Shown one piece after another: positions 17,332 to 27,243 of a stretch of DNA of 46,501 nt. The notes beneath the pieces were generated by a model that was given only the letters and a program-made list of their open reading frames with translations, did not search any database and was not told the DNA's origin. Origin of the DNA: a virus. Lineage: Duplodnaviria > Heunggongvirae > Uroviricota > Caudoviricetes. Numbering within the stretch: position 1 is the first letter of the stretch; every line of letters starts with the position of its first letter. A program made the translations under genes and the position numbers. The stretch lies in the IMG/VR virus record IMGVR_UViG_2711768023_000006; one strand, written 5' to 3'.

Positions 17332-18920
17332 TGGGACGCATCATTGATACTGACGGAAAACCTTTCTCCTTTGACCCGGAGATGCAGAGTGCCGCGCTGG
17401 ATATTCCGCAGATTGCCAGCCGTTATATTGAACATCCGGCTTCGGGTATCACCCCGAACCGGGCGGCGCAGTGCCTTCGCGGGGCTGAACGTGGCGATCT
17501 GATTGCCCAGTCCGATCTGGCCGCTGATATTGAAGAAAAGGACACCCACCTTTTTGCGGAGCTGGGCAAGCGACGTCTTGCCATTCAGGGGGTGCCATGG
17601 AGTATTGAGCCGCCACCGAACGCCAGCGCGAATGAGAAAAAGGACGCGGAAATGCTCGACGAATATCTGCATTCCGCAGACTGGTTTGATGCCATGCTGT
17701 TTGACGCCACGGATGCCATCCTGAAGGGCTATTCCTGCATGGAAATTGAGCACGGGATGCTCGGTAAAATGCACATCATCCGCGCCATCCGCTGGCGTGA
17801 CAGCGGGCATTTCTGCCTTAACCCGGATGATTTGAGCGAACTGCGGCTGCGTGACGGCAGCCATGCCGGGGTGGCGTTTCAGCCCTTTGGCTGGATAGTG
17901 CATCAGTCGCGTTCACGCACCGGCTACGGTGGTGCGACGGGGCTTGTCAGAACGCTTATCTGGCCGTTCATTTTCAAAAACTATTCCGTGCGCGATCTGG
18001 CGGAATTTCTGGAGGTGTACGGCCTGCCAATGAAGGTCGGGAAATACCCGTCCGGGGCAACACCGGAGCAGAAAAGTGCCCTGATGCGGGCGGTGATGGA
18101 TATCGGGCGACGTACAGGCGGGATCATCCCGGCCGGGATGTCGCTGGAGTTTCAGGCGGCAGCGAACGGTCAGGCCGATCCGTTTGAAACCATGATTTCG
18201 TGGGGTGAGCGTTCCATCTCCAAAGCAATACTCGGCGGCACGCTGACCACAGAAGCCGGAGACAAAGGCGCGCGCTCGCTGGGTGAGGTGCATAACGAGG
18301 TGCGCCGGGAAATCAGGGATTCTGATTTACGCCAGCTGGCTGCAACCCTGAACCGCGATCTGGTGTATCCGCTGTATGCCCTGAACACCGCCCACGCCAT
18401 TGATATCCGTCGCCTGCCGCGTATCTGTTTCCAGACCAAAGAACCGGGGGATATCACCAAAATAGCCAGTGCGGTGATGCAACTCAGTGCGGGGATGGAT
18501 ATTCCTGATCCCTGGGTACGGGATCAGACCGGTATTCCACAGCCCACGCCCGGTGAAGCCATATTCCGTGTCCGTCAGAGCAGTAATGAACCGGCCATGC
18601 CTGACAGGGAAACGCTACCGGAAAAACAGGAAAAGACAGAACAGACGGCGCTTTCAGCCCGACTGCCGGAAGCGAAAAACACGCCGCGTGATGAACTGGA
18701 CGACATGGGGGACGCGGTGCCTGCCCGCCGCTTACAGGAGGCCATCGATCCGGTGCTGGAGCCGGTCATTGATGTCATCAGAACGCGGGGGCTGGCGGAG
18801 GCACTGGCAGACCTGCCTGCCCTTTACCGTGAAATGGATGATTCCCGCCTGATGACGCTGCTCAGTGATGCCATGTTTGCTGCGGAAATGAAGGGGATGC
18901 TGGATGGCTCAGGGGATTGA
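17331..18920 (+). CDS. Portal protein (Mu gp29-like)
   Basis: 529-aa protein between terminase and F; start overlaps terminase stop (TAGTG). Confidence 0.75.
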   Translation: MGRIIDTDGKPFSFDPEMQSAALDIPQIASRYIEHPASGITPNRAAQCLRGAERGDLIAQSDLAADIEEKDTHLFAELGKRRLAIQGVPWSIEPPPNASANEKKDAEMLDEYLHSADWFDAMLFDATDAILKGYSCMEIEHGMLGKMHIIRAIRWRDSGHFCLNPDDLSELRLRDGSHAGVAFQPFGWIVHQSRSRTGYGGATGLVRTLIWPFIFKNYSVRDLAEFLEVYGLPMKVGKYPSGATPEQKSALMRAVMDIGRRTGGIIPAGMSLEFQAAANGQADPFETMISWGERSISKAILGGTLTTEAGDKGARSLGEVHNEVRREIRDSDLRQLAATLNRDLVYPLYALNTAHAIDIRRLPRICFQTKEPGDITKIASAVMQLSAGMDIPDPWVRDQTGIPQPTPGEAIFRVRQSSNEPAMPDRETLPEKQEKTEQTALSARLPEAKNTPRDELDDMGDAVPARRLQEAIDPVLEPVIDVIRTRGLAEALADLPALYREMDDSRLMTLLSDAMFAAEMKGMLDGSGD

Positions 18921-20235
18921 TTTAGGTTATGCCGCCACGCTTCCCTCAAAAGAGACGGTGGCATACTTCCGCGCCAAAGGGGCGCATATCAGCTGGAACT
19001 GGTTCGAAACAGACGCGGATGTTCATGCCCGCTCATTCACGGCAGCAAAAACGGCACGGCTGGATGTGGTAACCACATTACAGGCCGAAGTGCAGCGGGC
19101 CATTGATGAGGGGATTTCACAGAAAGAATTTATCCGCACACTGACGCCACGCCTGCAAAAGCTGGGATGGTGGGGAAAGCAGATTGTGGTGGACAGCGAC
19201 GGTAACGCGGAAGAAGTGCAGCAGGGCAGTCCCCGTCGTCTGGCGCTGATTTACAACGTGAACACCCGTGTGGCTTACAATGCCGGGCGTTACACGCAGA
19301 TGATGAACAACACGGACACGCATCCGTTCTGGCAGTATGTGGCGGTCATGGACAGCCGTACCCGCCCGTCGCATTCCGCCCTTAACGGTCTGGTATTCCG
19401 CTATGACGATCCGTTCTGGAAAACACACTACCCGCCCAATGGCTGGAACTGCCGCTGCCGTGTGCGGCCATTGTCTCAGGCCCGTCTGGATGCAATGGGG
19501 TTATCCGTTTCATCCGGTGAGGATCATCTCTCCACCCGCAATGTTGAGGCTGGCGTGGATAAACAGACCGGAGAAGTCAGAGAAATGCCGGTGACCACAT
19601 ATTCAGATGGCGCCAGAACCATGACACCGGATGTGGGCTGGTCATATAACCCCGGCTCGGCAGCGTTCGGCACAGACCAGGCGCTGATCCGCAAACTGAT
19701 CGAGGTGAAAAGCCCGGCGTTACGGGAAATGGTGGTTCAGGAGATGAACAACAGCCCGGAGCGGCAGCTGGCGTTCCGCATCTGGGCAAAAAACATCATG
19801 CAGACCCGGCGAGGTGGTAACGATATCCGCACGCTGGGCTTTATGACTGAAAGCATTGCGCAGGCAGTGGAAAGCCGGACGGGAACGCCACCGGCCCGCC
19901 TGCTGGCGATGAGCGGTAAAAATGTGCTCCATGCGGACAGTGTGAAACATCAGAATGACGGCATCGCTCTGACGCCGGAGGACTTCGGGCGCTTACCGGC
20001 AATGCTGGCAAGGCCAAAAGCGGTACTGTGGGACAAACGGCACAACAATCTGATGTATATCGTGGAAAATCAGGATGGCAGTGTGCAGATTGCCGTTAAT
20101 GCACCGTACAGTCTGAAACGTCAGCCCGACAAACTGGATGTGATTGTGAATGCTTACCGGGTTATCAATATGGATAAGCTGAAATCGGATATCCGGGGCG
20201 GAATGCTTGAGGTGCTGGAAGGACAAATTGATTAA
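18904..20235 (+). CDS. F: Head morphogenesis protein (Mu F-like)
   Basis: 443-aa protein following portal. Confidence 0.75.
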   Translation: MAQGIDLGYAATLPSKETVAYFRAKGAHISWNWFETDADVHARSFTAAKTARLDVVTTLQAEVQRAIDEGISQKEFIRTLTPRLQKLGWWGKQIVVDSDGNAEEVQQGSPRRLALIYNVNTRVAYNAGRYTQMMNNTDTHPFWQYVAVMDSRTRPSHSALNGLVFRYDDPFWKTHYPPNGWNCRCRVRPLSQARLDAMGLSVSSGEDHLSTRNVEAGVDKQTGEVREMPVTTYSDGARTMTPDVGWSYNPGSAAFGTDQALIRKLIEVKSPALREMVVQEMNNSPERQLAFRIWAKNIMQTRRGGNDIRTLGFMTESIAQAVESRTGTPPARLLAMSGKNVLHADSVKHQNDGIALTPEDFGRLPAMLARPKAVLWDKRHNNLMYIVENQDGSVQIAVNAPYSLKRQPDKLDVIVNAYRVINMDKLKSDIRGGMLEVLEGQID

Positions 20236-20356
20236 CGGTCAGTGGCGGGGGTCGAACCCGCATACATGATCCACCCGGAGGCAGGCACCGACTTTACCAG
20301 TTAAGCGTACACTGACCGCCTGTTTATTTTATATTCATCCTTTATGCGGAGGCAAT

Positions 20357-20830
20357 ATGTCATCCATTGATGCAGCTGTCGTTGTTGACGTTACGCGTCT
20401 CCAGCGAGTGTTTGCCCGGCTTCAGTTTGTGGGCGGCGGAAAAGACCTGGCCCGCAGTGTGGCGGCGAGTCTTCTGTCATCGTCAGAAATGGCGTTTGAG
20501 CAGGAAAAAGAGCCGGATGGTGAACGCTGGCATGACTGGTCAGATCCTTACCGTGAGTGGCGTACCCGTAAGGGATACACGCCCGGCAAAATCCTGACGC
20601 TGAACGGCGATCTGGCCCGCCGCCTGACCACGGATTATGGCGATACCTGGGCGCTGATTGGATCAAATGAACCTTATGCAGCCATTCATCAGTGGGGTGG
20701 CCTGCCTGGTATGCCACCGGGACCGGCGGCCATTGGCGCACGTCCGTATATGGGCTTTGATCAGGTGGCAGAACAGGAGATCATGGACGAAATCAGAAAA
20801 CGCTTTAAAAAGGCCACAGAAACGCCGTAA
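20357..20830 (+). CDS. G: Virion morphogenesis protein (Mu G-like)
   Basis: 157 aa, position and size of Mu gpG. Confidence 0.7.
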   Translation: MSSIDAAVVVDVTRLQRVFARLQFVGGGKDLARSVAASLLSSSEMAFEQEKEPDGERWHDWSDPYREWRTRKGYTPGKILTLNGDLARRLTTDYGDTWALIGSNEPYAAIHQWGGLPGMPPGPAAIGARPYMGFDQVAEQEIMDEIRKRFKKATETP

Positions 20831-21007
20831 TGGTTTAAGGTATGCAAACGTATTACCTTACCCCCTTCAGGCGCGTGTCGTGATTTTCTAACCTGTATTT
20901 AACGGGCTTTAAAATCTGCGTGAAGCGCCTTTCTCATTCCCCCCCTGTCAGCACTTTCTGAAGTCCCGCAAAACCAGCCCCAAAAATACCCGGCTTATGC
21001 TGCCGGT

Positions 21008-22141
21008 ATGAAGACAGAAAATCACCCAAAAGACGCAAATCGCCCCTCCGGTTTAGCCGTGCTTTCAGCTTCGCTGACTGCATCCGGCGACGGATGGTGT
21101 CAGTTACTGCCAGCCGGTCGGGTAAAGGCCCGTGACGGTCGCCCGGAAAAACCGACTGAAGGCTGGCTGATTAACGAATCCGCCTGTAACCGGATGAAAG
21201 CCGGGCTTTCCGCCCTGCATCAGCCGTTACTGATTGATTATGACCATCACTCCGTGAATGCGCAGAAAAACGGATTCAAGGCTATTGCTGCAGGATGGGT
21301 TAAGCCGGAAAACATCGAATGGCGTGAGGGTCAGGGGATTTTCATTAAACCTGAATGGACACCACAGGCACAAAAACATATTGATGACCGTGAATATGCC
21401 TATCTGTCTGCATATATGCATTATTTCGCTGACACCGGGGAACCCTACCTGTTGCGCATGGCTTCCCTGACGAATGATCCGGGTATTACGGGTATGAACC
21501 CTGTCGCGGCACTCAGTGCTGATGATCTCTATGTCGTTTCCCCTTCTCAGGAGCAATCCCCCATGAATGAGCAATTACGCCAGTTGCTGACGGCGCTCGG
21601 TCTGACCGTGGCTGACGGTGACGAATTTACACCGGAACTGGGCACGGCGGCGCTGTCTGCCCTTACCGGGATCAAAACCCGTGCGGATGCGCACGACACC
21701 CTGAAAACGCAGGTTGCCAGCCTGTCGGCAGAACTGGAAACCGCAAAAGGCACACCAACTGGCGGCACTATTGATCTGACGAAATATGTGCCCGTTGAGA
21801 CGTATAACGCCCTGCGTACCGAATATGCCGCGCTGTCGGCACAACACGGCAGCACCACGCTGGAGCAGTTGCTGGATAAGGCCGAGTCCGAAGGACGCAT
21901 TTTCAAAAGCGAACGCGGATACATGGAAGGACTCGGACAACAGATTGGCGTCGCGGCACTTTCTGCACAGCTTGACGCCCGCCAGCCGGTTGCGGCTCTG
22001 ACCACTCTTCAGACCGACACCGTAACCGTGCCGGATAAAAAGACCGCCACCGCTGTGCTGTCGGCTGAAGATATCGCCGCCGCACGTCTGTTGGGTAAAA
22101 CCGAAGCCGAGTTCCTGAAAATGAAAGAGGAAATGCAATAA
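21008..22141 (+). CDS. I: Head protease/scaffold protein (Mu I-like)
   Basis: 377 aa; Ala/Thr-rich coiled C-terminal half, placed before major capsid gene. Confidence 0.7.
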   Translation: MKTENHPKDANRPSGLAVLSASLTASGDGWCQLLPAGRVKARDGRPEKPTEGWLINESACNRMKAGLSALHQPLLIDYDHHSVNAQKNGFKAIAAGWVKPENIEWREGQGIFIKPEWTPQAQKHIDDREYAYLSAYMHYFADTGEPYLLRMASLTNDPGITGMNPVAALSADDLYVVSPSQEQSPMNEQLRQLLTALGLTVADGDEFTPELGTAALSALTGIKTRADAHDTLKTQVASLSAELETAKGTPTGGTIDLTKYVPVETYNALRTEYAALSAQHGSTTLEQLLDKAESEGRIFKSERGYMEGLGQQIGVAALSAQLDARQPVAALTTLQTDTVTVPDKKTATAVLSAEDIAAARLLGKTEAEFLKMKEEMQ

Positions 22142-23088
22142 TGCCTACCCCGATTACACCGGCGATGATCACCGCCCTGATGACGGGCTACCGTTCTGAT
22201 TTTCAGGCCGGGATGTCCATGGCTCCGTCGCAGTACCAGAAAATTGCGATGACCGTGCCGTCCACCTCGAAATCCAACACCTACGGCTGGCTGGGGCAGT
22301 TCCCGCAGTTCCGTGAGTGGATCGGCTCCCGCGTCATCGAGAAGATGAAAGCCTATGGCTACGCCATCGTGAACAAAACCTTTGAAGGCACCGTTGCCAT
22401 TAGCCGCGATGACTTTGAAGACGACAATCTCGGCATCTACTCCCCGTTATTCCAGGAAATGGGTCGTGCCGCTGCGGCACAACCGGATGAACTGGTCTTT
22501 GCTGCACTGCGTGATGGTCTGAATGCGGCCTGCTATGACGGCCAGAACTTCTTTGATACCGAACACCCTGTTTACCCCAAAGTGGATGGCTCCGGTGATG
22601 CACAGATGGTCAGCAATATGTTTGTGGCAAAAACCGGCTCTGTCGGTGCACAGGCGGATTACAGCGGCCCGGCCTGGTATCTGCTTGACTGCTCCCGCGC
22701 GGTAAAACCGCTGATTTATCAGGATCGCCGCAAAGCCGAACTGGTTGCCCAGACAAAAGTCGATGAAGGCCGTGCGTTTACTGATAACGAGTTTGTGTTC
22801 GGTGCTTCCGCCCGTCGCAATGTGGGCTACGGCTTCTGGCAGATGGCCTACATGATGCAGTCACCGCTGACGCTGGATGCGCTGTGGCACGGCTGGTCAG
22901 CCATGCGTGACTTTAAGGCTGACGGTGGCCGCAAACTCGGCATCAAACCCACCCATATTGTTGTCCCCACCTCGCTGGAAAAACAGGCGGTGCAGCTGCT
23001 GGAGCGCGAGCTGTTCGCAGACGGTAACGCCACAGTCTCTAACGAGATGAAGGGCAAGCTGGAGCTGGTTGTCGCGGATTATCTGTAA
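22141..23088 (+). CDS. T: Major capsid protein (Mu T-like)
   Basis: 315-aa protein immediately after I. Confidence 0.75.
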   Translation: MPTPITPAMITALMTGYRSDFQAGMSMAPSQYQKIAMTVPSTSKSNTYGWLGQFPQFREWIGSRVIEKMKAYGYAIVNKTFEGTVAISRDDFEDDNLGIYSPLFQEMGRAAAAQPDELVFAALRDGLNAACYDGQNFFDTEHPVYPKVDGSGDAQMVSNMFVAKTGSVGAQADYSGPAWYLLDCSRAVKPLIYQDRRKAELVAQTKVDEGRAFTDNEFVFGASARRNVGYGFWQMAYMMQSPLTLDALWHGWSAMRDFKADGGRKLGIKPTHIVVPTSLEKQAVQLLERELFADGNATVSNEMKGKLELVVADYL

Positions 23089-23131
23089 ACGGTGAGCCGG
23101 GCTTACGGCCCGGCCCCTGCGGAGGGCAAAT

Positions 23132-23491
23132 ATGAATGAACATCACACTGTGGCAGCAACAGATGATTCAGGCCTTCAGGTCAGTGGTGACAGTCCTGTC
23201 ACGGTACTGGCAGAAGTGCGTTGCAGTCGTACGCATTTTCGTCGTGCGGGGTTCCTGTTCATGCGGGGACGCCAGCAGGTTGACGTCACCCCGGAGCAGC
23301 TTGCCCGACTGGAAGCGGAGCCATGCCTCACTGTACGAATACTACAGACGCCTGGTGATGATGCGGGAGCCGTGGCGGGTGTGGTTCATGCAGAGACCGG
23401 TGCAGATTTAGCCGAAGCCGAAACCGTACAGGATGCTCCCCGGAAAAAGACCGGCAATAACGCCAGACAGGCGAAAAAGGCGCGCGCATGA
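23132..23491 (+). CDS. hypothetical head-associated protein (Mu gp35 position)
   Basis: 119-aa ORF; alternative-frame ORF 23136-23411 rejected. Confidence 0.45.
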   Translation: MNEHHTVAATDDSGLQVSGDSPVTVLAEVRCSRTHFRRAGFLFMRGRQQVDVTPEQLARLEAEPCLTVRILQTPGDDAGAVAGVVHAETGADLAEAETVQDAPRKKTGNNARQAKKARA

Positions 23492-23907
23492 ATTACGCCA
23501 CCGAAACCGATATGCGGGCACGTTACCGCGAGGATTTGCTCAGGCCATTACTGGCCGTGCCCCGTTCGGATGAACCGGACACGCGCAAGCTGAACCGGGC
23601 ACTGACGGACGCGTCTGCCCTTATCGACAGCTATCTGTCTTCCCGTTACACGCTGCCGCTGGCGGTGGTTCCGGCGGTCCTTGTTCAGCATTGCTGCACG
23701 ATTGCCTTTTATTACCTGTGCGATCAGCGGGCATCCGATCAGGCGCGTGACCGTTACCGTGAGGCGCTGGCCTGGCTGAAAGATGTCATGAACGGTAACG
23801 TGCCGGTCGGCGTGGATACAGACGGTGCGGCCCCTGAATCCGGGGATTTACCGCAGGTGCAGTCTGATGCGGCGGTGTTCGGGCGCAACCAGAAGGGCTT
23901 TATATGA
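23488..23907 (+). CDS. Head-tail joining protein (Mu gp36-like)
   Basis: 139 aa, translationally coupled. Confidence 0.5.
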   Translation: MNYATETDMRARYREDLLRPLLAVPRSDEPDTRKLNRALTDASALIDSYLSSRYTLPLAVVPAVLVQHCCTIAFYYLCDQRASDQARDRYREALAWLKDVMNGNVPVGVDTDGAAPESGDLPQVQSDAAVFGRNQKGFI

Positions 23908-24467
23908 TTACGGAAACCGAGCAGGCGTACATCGCCCGTATCCGTGAGTATTTCGGGAATGAACTGGTGTCTGTTGACACACATCCCGGCGACTGGAGCG
24001 ACAGCGTACTGCGCACCATGCTGATTAACGCCCCGGCTATCTATGTTGCCTGGCTGGGTGCCGGTGAAGGGCGTACCCGTGGGCGTCTGGTCAGTCACTG
24101 GGTGTTCTACGTCATCGGCGACATGCTCAATGGCCGTGAGGTCAGCCGTCCCGGGCTTTATCAGATTGTGGCCCGCCTGATTACCGTGCTGGACGGCTTC
24201 AGAGCAGAAAAAACCTCACCGCTTTACTTTGAAAAGGCGGTCAACGGTTACACCGAAACGCAGGCAGGCAGCGGTGCCGTGATGTACGCCCTGTATTTCT
24301 CATGCGAGGAAATGATCGACCCGCTGACGGATATCAGCTCGCTGGATGATTTCCTGCGCCATTACGAAACCTTTACCGAACCGGAAGGCACGCCGGAATT
24401 TAAGGCACACATCCGTCTGCCTGGTGCAACTGCCGCCGGTGAAAACGCCGGACTGTCAGAGGAATAA
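23904..24467 (+). CDS. Head-tail joining/tail completion protein (Mu gp37-like)
   Basis: 187 aa, translationally coupled. Confidence 0.5.
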   Translation: MITETEQAYIARIREYFGNELVSVDTHPGDWSDSVLRTMLINAPAIYVAWLGAGEGRTRGRLVSHWVFYVIGDMLNGREVSRPGLYQIVARLITVLDGFRAEKTSPLYFEKAVNGYTETQAGSGAVMYALYFSCEEMIDPLTDISSLDDFLRHYETFTEPEGTPEFKAHIRLPGATAAGENAGLSEE

Positions 24468-24470
24468 CAG

Positions 24471-24749
24471 ATGACAACCATTTTTATTAAACCTGCGCCG
24501 GGATGCCTGATCCGCGATCCCGACACGATGACTCCGCTCTCTCAGGACGGGGAAGAGAAACCCTTCACTCCGTTCTGGTGCCGCCGTCTTAATGATGGCG
24601 ACGTCATTGTGGTGGATAAAACGGCGGAGCCTGCCCCGGCTGCCACAACTGCTAATACCGGCGCGGCGGCAAAACCAGCGGGAGCGGTAGCAGAAAAAAC
24701 TGCGGCGGTGGCTGAAAAAACCGCAGCATCAGATAAGGGGACGTCCTGA
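24471..24749 (+). CDS. hypothetical protein (Mu gp38 position)
   Basis: 92 aa with Ala-rich repetitive C-terminus. Confidence 0.45.
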   Translation: MTTIFIKPAPGCLIRDPDTMTPLSQDGEEKPFTPFWCRRLNDGDVIVVDKTAEPAPAATTANTGAAAKPAGAVAEKTAAVAEKTAASDKGTS

Positions 24750-26251
24750 TGATTAACTTTGATTATATCGGCGATAACAATCGCATTCCGCTGGTACAGA
24801 TTGAAATCAATAATTCAATGGCCGTGACCGGCACTCCACCACAGCGTCAGGCGGTACTGTTGTTTGGTCAGGCTGCAATGAAAGACACTACCATTCAGGG
24901 GCGCGGTCAGCTTGATGTACCAGTACGTATTACCCGAGCTTCACAAGCAAGAGAACTCTGGGGGCGAGGTTCCATGATTGCACTGATGGTAGAGGAATTT
25001 ATCGCCATTAACCCTGACACAGAGTTATATGCCATTGCACAGGGGGCTGGAACAGGTCAGTCCAGGGCATGCGTGATGAATATCATTGGAACAGCATTGG
25101 CAGACGGGGTGTTAAGTGTTTACATCGGCGGTCGCCGTTACCTCCTGCCCGTCAGTAAGGGGAAAAAAGGTAAAGAGCTTGTGGAAGAGCTGGCTAAGGT
25201 CATTAACGCTGACACTGATGCGCCATTCACTGCTATCGCAGCTGAAGTCAGTGGTGATAATGCTGAAGGACTTAAAGGCAGCATGGGGGTTAACGCCCGC
25301 TTTATCGGTGAATGCTCAGCTCATGATTTACGGGTGAACTATTATGACGGTGAAACTACACCGGCCGGTCTTACGCTGGAGCTCGTCGCGCCAACACAGA
25401 AGGCAACAAACCCCGATATCACCCGTAGCGTCTCAGGGATGGGGAATCGTCAGTACAACTACATCGTCATGCCCTATAAGGATGCGGCAAATCTCAAAAT
25501 TCTGGCGGATGAACTGCTGAAACGCTGGGGACCGGTAAAAATGTCGGACGGTATGGTCTGGATGGCGCATACCGGCACCTTCGGTACGGCAACCAGTTTT
25601 GGTGAATCCCGTAATGACTTCCTGTTTACCTGCACTTCTATTCCTAAAGCACCAGAGCCGGATTATGTCTGGGCTGCCTCCATTTGTGCGGTCTGTGCGC
25701 CCTCCCTGTCAACGGATCCGGCCCGACCATTACAGACACTGGCGCTGCCTGCCCGTATGGCACCTGAAGCACCGGATCGTCTGACGCGGGAAGAGCGAAA
25801 CAGCCTGCTTTATACCGGCATGTCCACGGTGACCGTCGCGGCCGCGGATGTGGTGCAGATTGAACGTCAGGTGACGATGTACCGTCAGAATGCATACGGC
25901 GAAATCGATCCCAGCTATCTGGATGTGGAAACCATCTACACCCTGTCATATCTGCGTTATTCCCTGCGCACCTTTATCACGCAGCGTTTTCCGCGCCATA
26001 AACTGGCTGATGACGGGACGCCCGTTCGTGCCGGTCAGAATATCGTGACACCGGAGATCATGAAACTTCAGTTAATTTCGCTGGGGGAAGAATGGGTGGA
26101 TCTGGGACTGGTCGAAAATCTGGACACCTTTAAAAAGAATCTGCTCGTGGAGCGCAACACAAAAGACCGTAACCGTCTGGATGTGATGTGTACACCGGAT
26201 CTGGTTAACCAGTTCCGCTTCATGGCCGCGCAGATCCGTTTCATTTTGTGA
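24749..26251 (+). CDS. L: Tail sheath protein (Mu L-like)
   Basis: 500-aa protein followed by small tube gene. Confidence 0.75.
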   Translation: MINFDYIGDNNRIPLVQIEINNSMAVTGTPPQRQAVLLFGQAAMKDTTIQGRGQLDVPVRITRASQARELWGRGSMIALMVEEFIAINPDTELYAIAQGAGTGQSRACVMNIIGTALADGVLSVYIGGRRYLLPVSKGKKGKELVEELAKVINADTDAPFTAIAAEVSGDNAEGLKGSMGVNARFIGECSAHDLRVNYYDGETTPAGLTLELVAPTQKATNPDITRSVSGMGNRQYNYIVMPYKDAANLKILADELLKRWGPVKMSDGMVWMAHTGTFGTATSFGESRNDFLFTCTSIPKAPEPDYVWAASICAVCAPSLSTDPARPLQTLALPARMAPEAPDRLTREERNSLLYTGMSTVTVAAADVVQIERQVTMYRQNAYGEIDPSYLDVETIYTLSYLRYSLRTFITQRFPRHKLADDGTPVRAGQNIVTPEIMKLQLISLGEEWVDLGLVENLDTFKKNLLVERNTKDRNRLDVMCTPDLVNQFRFMAAQIRFIL

Positions 26252-26259
26252 GGTAAGGC

Positions 26260-26625
26260 ATGAGCGGAAAACAGTATCAGGGCACGGCCACCATCCGTGT
26301 GAACGGGCAGGAGTACGACACCCTTGAGGGGGCCACGTTCTCCCCGTCCGGCTTTGAGCGTGAAGTGGTGAAAGGCGCGAAAGTTTACGGCTATCGCGAG
26401 AAACCCCGTGAGGCGACGCTGGACTGTAAATTCCCGGCGGGCGGAGAAGGTTCACCGGCTGCCGATGAAATCAACACCTGGACTGCGGTCACGATTGAGT
26501 TCGTGGCCGATACCGGTGAAGTCCACATGATGACGAAGGCCTGGAGCAGTGAACCGGCCTCGCTTGACGGTGGTGGTGATATCTCCGCGAAGTTCGCCAG
26601 CGCCACCAGTACCCGTGTCCAGTAA
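26260..26625 (+). CDS. M: Tail tube protein (Mu M-like)
   Basis: 121 aa directly after sheath. Confidence 0.65.
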   Translation: MSGKQYQGTATIRVNGQEYDTLEGATFSPSGFEREVVKGAKVYGYREKPREATLDCKFPAGGEGSPAADEINTWTAVTIEFVADTGEVHMMTKAWSSEPASLDGGGDISAKFASATSTRVQ

Positions 26626-26639
26626 TCAGGAAAAATGTA

Positions 26640-27116
26640 ATGAGCACACGTAAGAAAAAAACGGCGGTTTCTGACGAGGCCGTGATGGAGGCTATCCGGG
26701 ATGCACTTGAAGACGGCGATCCCCGCACCGCCGGGCTGGCTGAACAACTGGCGAACGGCTATGTGGATCTGCTCGACGGTCTGCCGTTCGGGGAATCCCG
26801 TGAATACCGCGTCACCTTCCGCGAACTGACGGCAAAAGACAGCATTGATGCGGAGAGCGAGGCCGAGCGTCTTATGGAAACCCGAAACGGTCCGGTTCTT
26901 GTGGCCTCACCGGCACTGCGCGGCATTGCGCTGCTGCGCCGTCAGATTGCCGCTGTCGGCCAGATTGAGGGGCCATTGTCTCCGCGTCAGATAGGACAGC
27001 TCAGCGAGCGCGATCTCTCCCGACTGATGGCGGCAGTAAGCCTGCTTGATTCCGCGATGGCCGGAAAGCTGGTCGCTGAACGGGGGCGACCAGATGCAGT
27101 GCCGGGATCAGATTGA
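26640..27116 (+). CDS. Putative tail assembly chaperone
   Basis: 158-aa acidic protein between tube and tape measure; overlapping +1-frame ORF 27046-27240. Confidence 0.45.
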   Translation: MSTRKKKTAVSDEAVMEAIRDALEDGDPRTAGLAEQLANGYVDLLDGLPFGESREYRVTFRELTAKDSIDAESEAERLMETRNGPVLVASPALRGIALLRRQIAAVGQIEGPLSPRQIGQLSERDLSRLMAAVSLLDSAMAGKLVAERGRPDAVPGSD

Positions 27117-27243
27117 AGAAGCCGCAATTGTGCTGGGGATGGTGACAAAAAGCGGCCCGGAGTGGGCGCTTAACCTCCCCTTATCGCAGCTTTACCGGCA
27201 CTGCCGACAGACCGAAAAAATTCTCAGAACGAAGCAGTAACCC

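Noticed and set aside
20237-20317. Possible tRNA gene on the minus strand
   Set aside because: T-arm and acceptor stem are plausible but a canonical D-arm and anticodon arm cannot be formed and no CCA is encoded; kept only as a structured element of unknown function
23136-23411. Alternative-frame ORF overlapping 23132-23491
   Set aside because: Nested in a different frame within the longer ORF, which is translationally coupled to the downstream gene
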